Positions 1 to 7,612 of a stretch of 56,255 bases of DNA are shown piece after piece. Within the stretch, counting starts at the first letter, position 1. Each line of letters starts with the position of its first letter. The notes under the pieces were generated by a model. That model worked only from the letters and a program-made list of their open reading frames with translations, had not been told where the DNA came from and searched no databases. This stretch comes from an uncultured Clostridia bacterium (lineage in GTDB: Bacteria > Bacillota > Clostridia > Oscillospirales > Ruminococcaceae): contig CAMEKR010000001.1 of the NCBI GenBank assembly GCA_945921515.1, positions 1 through 56,255 on the forward strand, written 5' to 3'. Position numbers and translations under genes: made by a program.

Positions 1-286
1 CGGATTTTGCCGTGCCTTGCACGGCACACGGTTGCCCGCTTGTCTGAGAACATTGTTATTCAATTTGTTTTGCTTAACGCAAAACCACAGCTAACGCTGT
101 GAGCCGCTGACGCGGCTTGGAATTGCATAATAATAACCTCAGACATAAAATCCGCAAAAGCGGATTTTGCCGTGCCTTGCACGGCACACGGTTGCCCGCT
201 TGTCTGAGAACATTGAAACATCAATTCGTTTTGCTAAAGCAAAACTGCGGCGTTTTCGCCGCAATGCCTTTCGGCATTTCGAATTG
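1..286. repeat. Tandem ~160-bp structured (REP/BIME-like) repeat, at least 2 units, first cut by the window edge
   Basis: Bases 1-55 are identical to 161-215. Many hairpins: gccgtgc-ctt-gcacggc, gttttgc-ttaac-gcaaaac, cacagc-taac-gctgtg, agccgc-tgac-gcggct, tgcggcg-tttt-cgccgca, aatgcc-tttc-ggcatt. Confidence 0.85.
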
Positions 287-463
287 TGTTATAATAGGTA
301 TACAAATTAAGCGTCGGTGTCATTGCTTAGTATTAGGTACATGAGGTAACCCAAAATACCATGCTAAAATAATCTGCCACCGGAATCTACAATTTACATA
401 CTGCATTACAGAAAAACGGTACGATAAGTAGCGGAGATTCTCAAAACACAAGGAGGAATTTCT

Positions 464-2743
464 ATGGGATTTATAATCAAGGATGGAGTTCTGGAGCATT
501 ACGAGCCGCAGGCAGGAGTAACCGAAGTTGTTATACCCGCAGGTGTTACAAAAATCAAAGATGGAGCATTTTCCGATTGCCAAAATCTTGTTAGTGTTAC
601 TATTCCTGACGGCGTAACATATATCGGAAAGTTCGCTTTTGTAAACTGCACAAATCTGAAAAGTGTGAATATCCCCGATAGCGTGACAGAAATAGGCTTT
701 CATGCGTTTAAGGATTGTAAAAGTCTCATCGATATTACTATTCCCGAAAGTGTTACGGAGATTGGAAGCGGCGCATTTGACTCAACACCATGGCTTGCAA
801 AGCAATCCGATGACTTCGTTTTAGCCGGAAAAGTTCTATACAAATATAACGGAAATCAAACAGAAGTAAAAATACCAGATACCGTAATCAGCATCGTAGA
901 CTGGGCATTCAGCGACTGCAAAAACATCAGAAGCGTAACCGTAACCTATGGTGTAATATATATCGGTGCGTTTGCGTTCAAAGGCTGCACAAGCCTTGTA
1001 AATATATTCATCCCCGAAAGCGTTACGAAGATTGGAGAAAGTGCGTTTGTAGGTTGTACAAGCCTAAAAGGTATAATCATACCGGATAGTGTGACAAGCA
1101 TCGGAAGAGAAGTATTCAGCCGTTGCATAAGCCTTGAAAGCATAACAATACCTGACAGTGTAACAAATATAGGAATCGGAGCATTTATGAACTGCACGAA
1201 CCTTGAAAGTATAACCATACCCGACAGTGTAATAAATGTTGGAAGCGGCGCATTTAACTCAACACCATGGCTTGCAAAGCAATCCGAGGACTTCATTTTA
1301 GCGGGAAAAGTTCTATACAAATATAACGGAAATCAAACAGATGTAAAAATACCCGATACCGTAATCAGCATCGGAGCAAGTGCATTTCGAAACTGTCAGT
1401 GGCTTAAAAGCGTGATTATCCCCGACAGAGTTACTGATATCGGAAATAATGCGTTTGCAGGTTGTACAAGCCTTGAAAGCATAACGATACCGGATAGCGT
1501 GACAAATATAGGAGTAAGTGCATTTGAAAAATGCCTGTATCTTAAATGCGCGATTATCTCCAACAGAGTTACTGATATCGGATATAATGTGTTTGCCGGT
1601 TGTAGAAGTCTTGAAAGCATAACGATACCGGATAGCGTGACAAGTATCGGAGACGATGCTTTTTATGGCTGTACAAGCCTTGGAAGCATAACCATACCGG
1701 ATAGTGTGATAAGCATTGGAAGCGGTGCCTTTGACTTAACACCATGGCTTGCAAAGCAATCCGAGGACTTTGTATTAGCCGGAAAAATTCTCTACAAATT
1801 TATAGGAAAACAATCGGATGTTAAAATTCCGGAAACCGTGACGAGCATTGGAAGTTATGCATTCAAAGATTGTGAAAAACTCAAAAGTGTAATTATTCCC
1901 GACAGCGTAAAGGTCATCGAAAGCAAAGCGTTTATGGGCTGCAAAAATCTTACCGAAATAACCATACCAAACAGCGTTACAAGTATTGCAGGGGAAGCAT
2001 TCGAAGACTGTAAAAGTCTGAAAAGCATAACCATACCGGATCGTGTAACATATATCGGATACAGTTTATTCAGAGGTTGCACCGGCCTGACAGATATAAG
2101 AATACCTGAAAGTGTGACATACATTGGATATGGTTTATTCAGCGGCTGTACAAGCCTTGAAAGCATAACCATACCTGACATAGTAACAGATATTGATTAT
2201 TATGCATTTAAAAACTGTAAAAGTCTTGTGAACATAATCATCCCCGACAGCGTGACGAGGATTCGAGACGGTGCGTTCAGAGACTGCACAAGTCTTGAAA
2301 GTATAACCATGCCTAAAAATATGAGATATATCGGTTCAGATGTTTTCAAGTATTGCGCAAGCCTCACAAGCATAACGATACCCGACGGCATTACAAGAAT
2401 CGGGGAAAATACATTCAGCGGCTGTACAAGCTTAAAAGAAATAAGTATTCCTTACGGAGTGATCATAATAGAAAAGAATGCGTTCAAAGACTGTAAGAGT
2501 ATAGAAAGCATAACCATACCGGATAGTGTAACAGAAATCGGGAAGGGTGCATTTGAAGGCTGTACAAACCTGAAAATTATAAATATCCCCGACAACATGA
2601 TTAGAATTCAAGGCGACGCATTCAGAGACTGCACAAATCTTAAAAGTATTACCATCCCCGACAGCATTAAGCGGATAGGCTTAAACGCATTCAAGGGTAC
2701 ACCGCTCGAAGAAAAATATCTGAACCGTTTTACAGAATCCTAA
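464..2743 (+). CDS. BspA-type (LRR_5) leucine-rich repeat protein, 759 aa, no signal peptide
   Basis: Many 23-aa LxSITIPDSVTxIGxxAFxGC repeats with three TPWL-containing spacer modules; AGGAGG RBS upstream. Confidence 0.93.
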   Translation: MGFIIKDGVLEHYEPQAGVTEVVIPAGVTKIKDGAFSDCQNLVSVTIPDGVTYIGKFAFVNCTNLKSVNIPDSVTEIGFHAFKDCKSLIDITIPESVTEIGSGAFDSTPWLAKQSDDFVLAGKVLYKYNGNQTEVKIPDTVISIVDWAFSDCKNIRSVTVTYGVIYIGAFAFKGCTSLVNIFIPESVTKIGESAFVGCTSLKGIIIPDSVTSIGREVFSRCISLESITIPDSVTNIGIGAFMNCTNLESITIPDSVINVGSGAFNSTPWLAKQSEDFILAGKVLYKYNGNQTDVKIPDTVISIGASAFRNCQWLKSVIIPDRVTDIGNNAFAGCTSLESITIPDSVTNIGVSAFEKCLYLKCAIISNRVTDIGYNVFAGCRSLESITIPDSVTSIGDDAFYGCTSLGSITIPDSVISIGSGAFDLTPWLAKQSEDFVLAGKILYKFIGKQSDVKIPETVTSIGSYAFKDCEKLKSVIIPDSVKVIESKAFMGCKNLTEITIPNSVTSIAGEAFEDCKSLKSITIPDRVTYIGYSLFRGCTGLTDIRIPESVTYIGYGLFSGCTSLESITIPDIVTDIDYYAFKNCKSLVNIIIPDSVTRIRDGAFRDCTSLESITMPKNMRYIGSDVFKYCASLTSITIPDGITRIGENTFSGCTSLKEISIPYGVIIIEKNAFKDCKSIESITIPDSVTEIGKGAFEGCTNLKIINIPDNMIRIQGDAFRDCTNLKSITIPDSIKRIGLNAFKGTPLEEKYLNRFTES

Positions 2744-2840
2744 TGTTCTCATAACATACGCTGACAAAACGAATAATCATGCAACTCAAAAGGGTATATT
2801 ATATCTATCTGTGGAAGAGAATTACATATCAAAATGGTTG

Positions 2841-2875
2841 ATGTCCTTTTTTTAACCCATAGTTTGTTGTAAAAT
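2841..2875 (+). promoter_or_regulatory. Putative promoter of WYL operon with ATGTCC motif in place of -35
   Basis: ATGTCC at 2841, TAAAAT at 2870; same spacing as at 4826/4855. Confidence 0.5.
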
Positions 2876-2931
2876 ACAATTAAGCTTGATACAATAATAT
2901 AAACAACGGTTATATAAAAGGAGGCTTACTT

Positions 2932-3987
2932 ATGCCCGCAAAGCAGCCGAAAAGAATTTTCATCATGAACATTCTCGACATTCTGAAGCGCTACAGCGAC
3001 GAAAATCACCGCTTGAGTCAGAAAGAAATCGTCGATATTCTGAAAACCGAGTACAATATGACGGCAGACCGCAAGACCGTGCGCCGCAATATCCTTAACC
3101 TCATAGACTGCGGATATAATATCGAATACAGCGAGGCGATCCGAATGGTGCCGAACAAGAAAACCGGCATGCTTGAGGAAAGCTATATCTGGTCGGATTT
3201 TTACCTCGAGCGCGAATTTACCGACAGCGAGCTTAGACTGCTTATCGACGGACTTCTGTTTTCCGGAAACTTGCCCTACAGCCAGTGCAAGTCGCTTGTA
3301 AAAAAGCTTGAGAGCCTGTCAAATATCTATTTTTGCTCACGCATAGGTCATATTGCTTCTCTCACCGATAACAAAGCGGACAACAAACAGCTTTTTCTCA
3401 ATATCGAGCTGCTCGGCGAGGCTATAGCAAAGCGGCGTAAGGTATTGTTCCGCTATCTTGAATACGATACCGATAAGCAGCTGCACGCCAGAAAACGCCC
3501 CGACGGCACCGTGCGTGAGTACATAATAAATCCCTATCAGATGGCGGCGCGAGAGGGGAAGTATTATCTTATCTGCAACTATGACAAGTACGACGATATT
3601 TCAAATTACCGCCTTGACCGTATTTCCGACCTTAAAATACTGGACGAGCCTGCAAAGCCGTTTGAAAAACTCAGCCAGGCAAACGGCAGACCGCTCGATC
3701 TCGGCACATATATGAAGGAGCACCCGTATATGTATTCGGGCGAAACCGCGCGGGTAAAGCTCCGTATCTGCCGTGCGATGATAAGCGATATGATCGATAT
3801 GTTCGGCGATGATGTCCGCTTCAGCGATGAGGACAAGGACAGCGTAACCGTGTCAACGGTCGCAAATCTGAAGGCGATAGAGCAGTTTGCACATAACTTT
3901 GCACCGGATGTGGTGGTGCTTGAGCCGGAGAGCCTGAGAGAAAAGGTTAAAAACCGCTTGCGGTATGCGGCGGACGTTTATGATTAA
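2932..3987 (+). CDS. WYL-domain transcriptional regulator (wHTH-WYL-WCX)
   Basis: N-terminal wHTH (ILDILKRYSDENHRLSQKEI...DRKTVRRNI), WYL core (INPYQM...YYLIC...YRLDRI), C-terminal VVVLEPESLR; GGAGG RBS. Confidence 0.9.
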   Translation: MPAKQPKRIFIMNILDILKRYSDENHRLSQKEIVDILKTEYNMTADRKTVRRNILNLIDCGYNIEYSEAIRMVPNKKTGMLEESYIWSDFYLEREFTDSELRLLIDGLLFSGNLPYSQCKSLVKKLESLSNIYFCSRIGHIASLTDNKADNKQLFLNIELLGEAIAKRRKVLFRYLEYDTDKQLHARKRPDGTVREYIINPYQMAAREGKYYLICNYDKYDDISNYRLDRISDLKILDEPAKPFEKLSQANGRPLDLGTYMKEHPYMYSGETARVKLRICRAMISDMIDMFGDDVRFSDEDKDSVTVSTVANLKAIEQFAHNFAPDVVVLEPESLREKVKNRLRYAADVYD

Positions 3988-4004
3988 CAAAGGAGAAGTT
4001 TATT

Positions 4005-4748
4005 ATGGAAGAAAAAAATGCAATCGACTTTTTACTGTACAGCTATTTCGGAGTTACCACAGAGTCCGAGTGGAAGATGTGTGTAAAAGCGGCAATCGTG
4101 AAAGCTTATAACGATGCAACTATGGAGGGCGCATACAACACTTTAATTCCAAAGAAAAATATCGATTTGCGCAAAAAATCAGATAGTGCAAAAAAAGAAG
4201 CGGCCAAACTGATAAAGACACATATAAAAGAATTATTCACAAGCTATAGTGGCGAATTTGACAAATGGCACTCTACGTTATGCGAAGAAATAAAAAATAA
4301 ATATTCCAATGTAAATAGTGAAAATACCTTGTTTACATACGGCAATGCACAGAAGTGGGTCAATATGACTATAAAATATATTTGCATTTTGGATTTGCTT
4401 AATCACAACCACGATTATCATGATAATATAGAAAAGTATATGAAGCATTTTCATGTTCCGGTTGACAGCTATATAATTGAAGCAACTTGGAAAGATACGC
4501 AAATTAAGATTCCTGTAAAAAATAAAAATAAAGACAGAGGAAAGTATAACTCCGAGAAAGTAAAAACGTGGAGCAAATGGGAAAAAACAGACTATACTGA
4601 TTTTCAAGATTCACTCAAAATAATTTTGGGCAATAAAAAACCACTCGAATGGGAAGCCGAAACTTGGGTTAAACAATCCGAAATACGCAAGAAAAACGAA
4701 AAACAAGCTAAACGAGATACTTTTTTCAAAGAAAATAATCCGCTGTAA
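4005..4748 (+). CDS. Uncharacterised AT-rich protein, possibly HhH-GPD glycosylase-like
   Basis: 247-aa ORF 17 bp after the WYL stop, AAGGAG RBS; motifs FDKWH, TYGNAQKWVNMTIKY, HVPVDSYI. Function is inference. Confidence 0.75.
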   Translation: MEEKNAIDFLLYSYFGVTTESEWKMCVKAAIVKAYNDATMEGAYNTLIPKKNIDLRKKSDSAKKEAAKLIKTHIKELFTSYSGEFDKWHSTLCEEIKNKYSNVNSENTLFTYGNAQKWVNMTIKYICILDLLNHNHDYHDNIEKYMKHFHVPVDSYIIEATWKDTQIKIPVKNKNKDRGKYNSEKVKTWSKWEKTDYTDFQDSLKIILGNKKPLEWEAETWVKQSEIRKKNEKQAKRDTFFKENNPL

Positions 4749-4773
4749 TAATCACCACCCGATACTCCTCCTC

Positions 4774-4810
4774 AAAATCCCCCGCAGTCTTTGTACTGCA
4801 GGGGATTTTT
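4774..4810 (+). terminator. Rho-independent terminator
   Basis: aaaatcccccgcagt-ctttgt-actgcaggggattttt. Confidence 0.8.
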
Positions 4811-4825
4811 CATATTTAAAGCCAT

Positions 4826-4860
4826 ATGTCCCGAAAATCGCACATCTGTCAAGGTATAAT
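4826..4860 (+). promoter_or_regulatory. Putative promoter of phosphatase gene with ATGTCC-N10-ACAT motif
   Basis: atgtcccgaaaatcgcacat followed 9 nt later by TATAAT (4855-4860). Confidence 0.55.
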
Positions 4861-4947
4861 TATGGTACAAAAACGGATAAAAGCCTTTGCTATCAAATCA
4901 CGAGGGATCATTCTCCCGTAATTCAACATACAGAAGGAGTTCTCACG

Positions 4948-5628
4948 ATGATATATGCCGTATCCGACCTTCACGGTTGTTTCGATAAATACAATAGGCT
5001 GCTTGACAGGCTCTGTCTGTCGGATAACGATACCTTGTATATTCTCGGCGATATTGTCGATCGTGGCGACGGCGGTATTGATATTTTTAAAGATATTATC
5101 GGCAGAAAGAATATAATCGCTCTCAAGGGTAATCACGAATATATGGCGGCAACTATGCTGAAAGCATTTGTAATCGGAAATGACGGTTATCTTTCAGAAA
5201 AGCTCATCGAGGGTCTCGGTCTGTGGCTTAAGGACGGCGGGCAGCCGACTCTTGAAGGCTTTCGCAGACTGAGTGCAAGAGATAAAATATTAATTTTCCA
5301 CTTTCTGAAATCACTTCCTGTTTACAAGAAAATTGAAGTCGGGGACAGAAAATATTTTCTTGCTCACACAGTACCGGAAAAGGATAAGATGCTTGATTTT
5401 GAAAACTGTGATGAACATGATTTTACTATCGGCGAGCCGGAGTACGAAAAGCAATACTATGCCGATACCTTTATTGTGACGGGGCACACTCCCACTAGCT
5501 TTATTGATGAAGCATATACGGGAAAGATATGGCAGGAAAACAATCATATTGCTATTGATTGTGGTGCGGTTTTTGGTAATCCGCTGGGGTGTATATGCCT
5601 TGATACGATGGAAGAAATATATGTGTGA
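4948..5628 (+). CDS. Metallophosphoesterase, PPP-like Ser/Thr protein phosphatase
   Basis: Motifs SDLHG, GDIVDRG, KGNHE, GHTPT, IDCGA. Confidence 0.92.
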   Translation: MIYAVSDLHGCFDKYNRLLDRLCLSDNDTLYILGDIVDRGDGGIDIFKDIIGRKNIIALKGNHEYMAATMLKAFVIGNDGYLSEKLIEGLGLWLKDGGQPTLEGFRRLSARDKILIFHFLKSLPVYKKIEVGDRKYFLAHTVPEKDKMLDFENCDEHDFTIGEPEYEKQYYADTFIVTGHTPTSFIDEAYTGKIWQENNHIAIDCGAVFGNPLGCICLDTMEEIYV

Positions 5629-5656
5629 TGTTATTTGTAAGACGGTAAAATATTTT

Positions 5657-5709
5657 CAGCCGGTGTCGGTCAGTAATAGAATGCTGAACGGCACCGGCTG
5701 TAGCTTTTT
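5657..5709 (+). terminator. Terminator-like hairpin
   Basis: cagccggtgtcggtcagta...tgctgaacggcaccggctg followed by a T run. Confidence 0.65.
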
Positions 5710-5826
5710 ATACAGATATTTTCGAATATTTCAGACTTTTTTCATAAACACACATATTCTCATTTTTTAGAAACCATATCCGCAAAGCTCTTATCCATAC
5801 GCTCCTGTGCGTATGCTGCACCTTTT

Positions 5827-6129
5827 TCATCTCCTCTTGTAGTACAAGCGGCTTTGAGTTCTGCGGTCGTTCTCGCCGGATGACTCTGCGGCATTGGCAA
5901 GGGCAGAGCGAAGTGTTTCGATTTTCTGCTTCTGTTGGTCGATTTCTTTGCCCAGAACTTGGTTTCTTGCAGTGAGTGCCTCGGCGGATTTATCGTTCTT
6001 GTCGAACTGCGAATCCACAAGTTTCATTTCAGAACCAAGCACCTTGAAGGAATTGTTGATTTCAGCGAGGGATTTCTTGAACTCCTTTTCGCCCTCAAGA
6101 CCTATTTTCAAGCCAAAATTCTCGGACAT
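5827..6129 (-). pseudogene. Truncated phage tail tape-measure protein (N-terminal ~92 aa only)
   Basis: MSENFGLKIGLEGEKEFKKSLAEINNSFKVLGSEMKLV...FDKNDKS is a typical Firmicutes siphophage TMP N-terminus; ends after 100 aa; GGAGGT RBS. Confidence 0.85.
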
Positions 6130-6158
6130 TCTGTGTCACCTCCTCGGAAAATGGGCAT

Positions 6159-6179
6159 AAAAAAAGAGCCTTTCGGCTC
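6159..6179 (-). terminator. Terminator of moron gene
   Basis: Minus strand gagcc-gaaa-ggctc-ttttttt. Confidence 0.75.
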
Positions 6180-6244
6180 GGGGAGTATTGTAAAAGGAGC
6201 AACCAGACAGTTACTCCTTAATTGTTTAGTCTTATAGGAATTGG

Positions 6245-7144
6245 TTAATCAAAGAAACCGCAAAACTCAATCCAATTGCAAGTTAGAGTCGGAAGAGCCT
6301 TTCGATATTTTTTTATGAAACTCTCCATTTCTTTCTTATAAATAAAATGAATGTTCTTGCTGGTATTCTTTGTATATGATTCTGAAGTTGAAAAAAGGAA
6401 CACTTCAGAACTTGGGTCATCTTTTATCGTGTCCATATAATCATTAGCATTCAAAGAGACAGAACCACTCTTTACTTGCGGATAAACATGGCAGCCCTTA
6501 TCGCTAACCATTTGGCACTCATACTTTGGAAAAGTGTATTTTACAGTTGATGAAAAAATGTGATACCCCTTTTCAATCTGAAGATATAACAATACAAGTT
6601 CTTCAATTGCCTCAGCGGAAAGTACTGACCAGAAATCCATATTACCATTGCCGACACTATAATGGTTTGTATTTGAATATTTATTCCAGAGATACATGGA
6701 AATTTCTTCTACACCACTAATTGATTGTGCTGACGCAGCAGGTCTAAAACTACTAACTACTTTTCCAGGCACGTCCTGTTCCATGCCTATTTCAAGCCAT
6801 TCAACATTAACATAATTGGAAATATCCAATTGGTAATGCATATCGGTTGGCTTGCTATTCTCCCACAAACCTATAACACGGCACAAATAGTATTTGTTGT
6901 CAAGCCTAGTCCAGATTAGGTCATCTATTATCATTCTACGCATGGCATTCAAAGCTTTTATAGCAGCTGTTTTATCGGAATAAAACTGTGCCTGTTTCCG
7001 TATTTCAGCATCTGAATTGATTCTGGTATCGATTTTTCCCCAACCAACACCTATCAATTTTTCCTTTTTGCAAAAATCCAACAAATCTTGCCTGGTATAC
7101 CCTAAAGCGATATCATTCTTGATATGTATTCTCCATACTTTCAT
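6245..7144 (-). CDS. Moron protein, putative Mrr-like PD-(D/E)xK nuclease with N-terminal EVE/PUA-like region
   Basis: AT-rich 299-aa ORF; C-terminal LSAEAIEELVLLYLQ...KYECQMV...VYPQVKSG resembles the Mrr E...D...QxK layout; N-terminal IGVGW...DDLIW...YYLCRV...VEW. Confidence 0.6.
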   Translation of the reverse strand: MKVWRIHIKNDIALGYTRQDLLDFCKKEKLIGVGWGKIDTRINSDAEIRKQAQFYSDKTAAIKALNAMRRMIIDDLIWTRLDNKYYLCRVIGLWENSKPTDMHYQLDISNYVNVEWLEIGMEQDVPGKVVSSFRPAASAQSISGVEEISMYLWNKYSNTNHYSVGNGNMDFWSVLSAEAIEELVLLYLQIEKGYHIFSSTVKYTFPKYECQMVSDKGCHVYPQVKSGSVSLNANDYMDTIKDDPSSEVFLFSTSESYTKNTSKNIHFIYKKEMESFIKKYRKALPTLTCNWIEFCGFFD

Positions 7145-7188
7145 AGCTTTTTCCTTTCGTTGAAAAAATATGATTCTTCCATAGTTTA

Positions 7189-7217
7189 ATTATACCACAC
7201 ATTTCTACATTTTTCAA
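7189..7217 (-). promoter_or_regulatory. sigmaA promoter of moron
   Basis: Minus strand TTGAAA-17 nt-TATAAT with extended TG. Confidence 0.75.
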
Positions 7218-7229
7218 CCCCTTTTCCAA

Positions 7230-7421
7230 TTAAATTCCCATCGGCACAACCTCATCAATGCACATCTCCCTTTTCGGCTTTGCAATCCCCATAAACTGCT
7301 TATGGCACTCCCACAAATCCAGCAGAAACCCGAACGGCATAAGCCACACCTCTTCCGAACCGAGGTGCAGCTGCGCCGTGCCGTAATAGAACAGCCGAGT
7401 GAACAATTCTGCGTCATTCAC
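7230..7421 (-). CDS. Phage tail assembly chaperone C-terminal (frameshift-extension) ORF
   Basis: 63 aa ELFTRLFYYGTAQLHL...EVWLMPFGFLLDLWECHKQF; lies between chaperone and TMP, in the -1 frame of the chaperone. Confidence 0.75.
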   Translation of the reverse strand: MNDAELFTRLFYYGTAQLHLGSEEVWLMPFGFLLDLWECHKQFMGIAKPKREMCIDEVVPMGI

Positions 7422-7442
7422 TCGGCTGTTACTGCGTTTTTT
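7390..7442 (-). promoter_or_regulatory. Programmed -1 ribosomal frameshift signal
   Basis: A_AAA_AAC heptamer (7442-7436), 5-nt spacer, perfect 14-bp stem (7430-7417 / 7403-7390). Confidence 0.8.
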
Positions 7443-7594
7443 GAGGTATCTTCACTTTCCACATTCCGCTTTGTGCCTTTCAGCATAGCTTCGGTGATTG
7501 CGTCCTTGTACTCCGCAAGTTTGCCGGGAGAGGTGAGAAGTTCCACGGTTTCCTCGGTGAGCAGCGGTTTCTTGTCCTCGTTTTTGAGGTTGCG
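7418..7594 (-). pseudogene. 5'-truncated phage tail assembly chaperone
   Basis: Translates RNLKNEDKKPLLTEETVELLTSPGKLAEYKDAITEAMLKGTKRNVESEDTSKNAVTAE*; in-frame stop at 7601-7603 upstream and no credible start or RBS. Confidence 0.75.
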
Positions 7595-7612
7595 TAAGGT
7601 TTTATTTTCTGC

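Larger units (their letters stand above)
5853..7594 (-). mobile_element. Prophage tail-module remnant (chaperone 3' part, frameshift ORF, moron, TMP 5' part)
   Basis: Canonical siphophage order chaperone -> frameshift extension -> tape measure, with both ends truncated. Boundaries approximate. Confidence 0.8.

Noticed and set aside
1-286. CRISPR array or tRNA genes
   Set aside because: Only two 55-bp repeats with ~105-nt structured intervals and no cas genes. The cloverleafs have 4-5 nt loops and lack T-loop, D-loop and 7-nt anticodon features.
296-463. Riboswitch in the leader of the first LRR gene
   Set aside because: No recognisable aptamer consensus or terminator by eye; an Rfam scan would be needed.
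764-1373. DGR template/variable repeat pair in the LRR gene
   Set aside because: The six mismatches are not adenine-specific, both copies are in-frame coding, and no reverse transcriptase is in the window.
5760-6020. 86-aa minus-strand ORF overlapping the TMP fragment
   Set aside because: Alternate frame spanning the truncation junction with no convincing RBS. Its 3' part may be an unidentifiable gene remnant.
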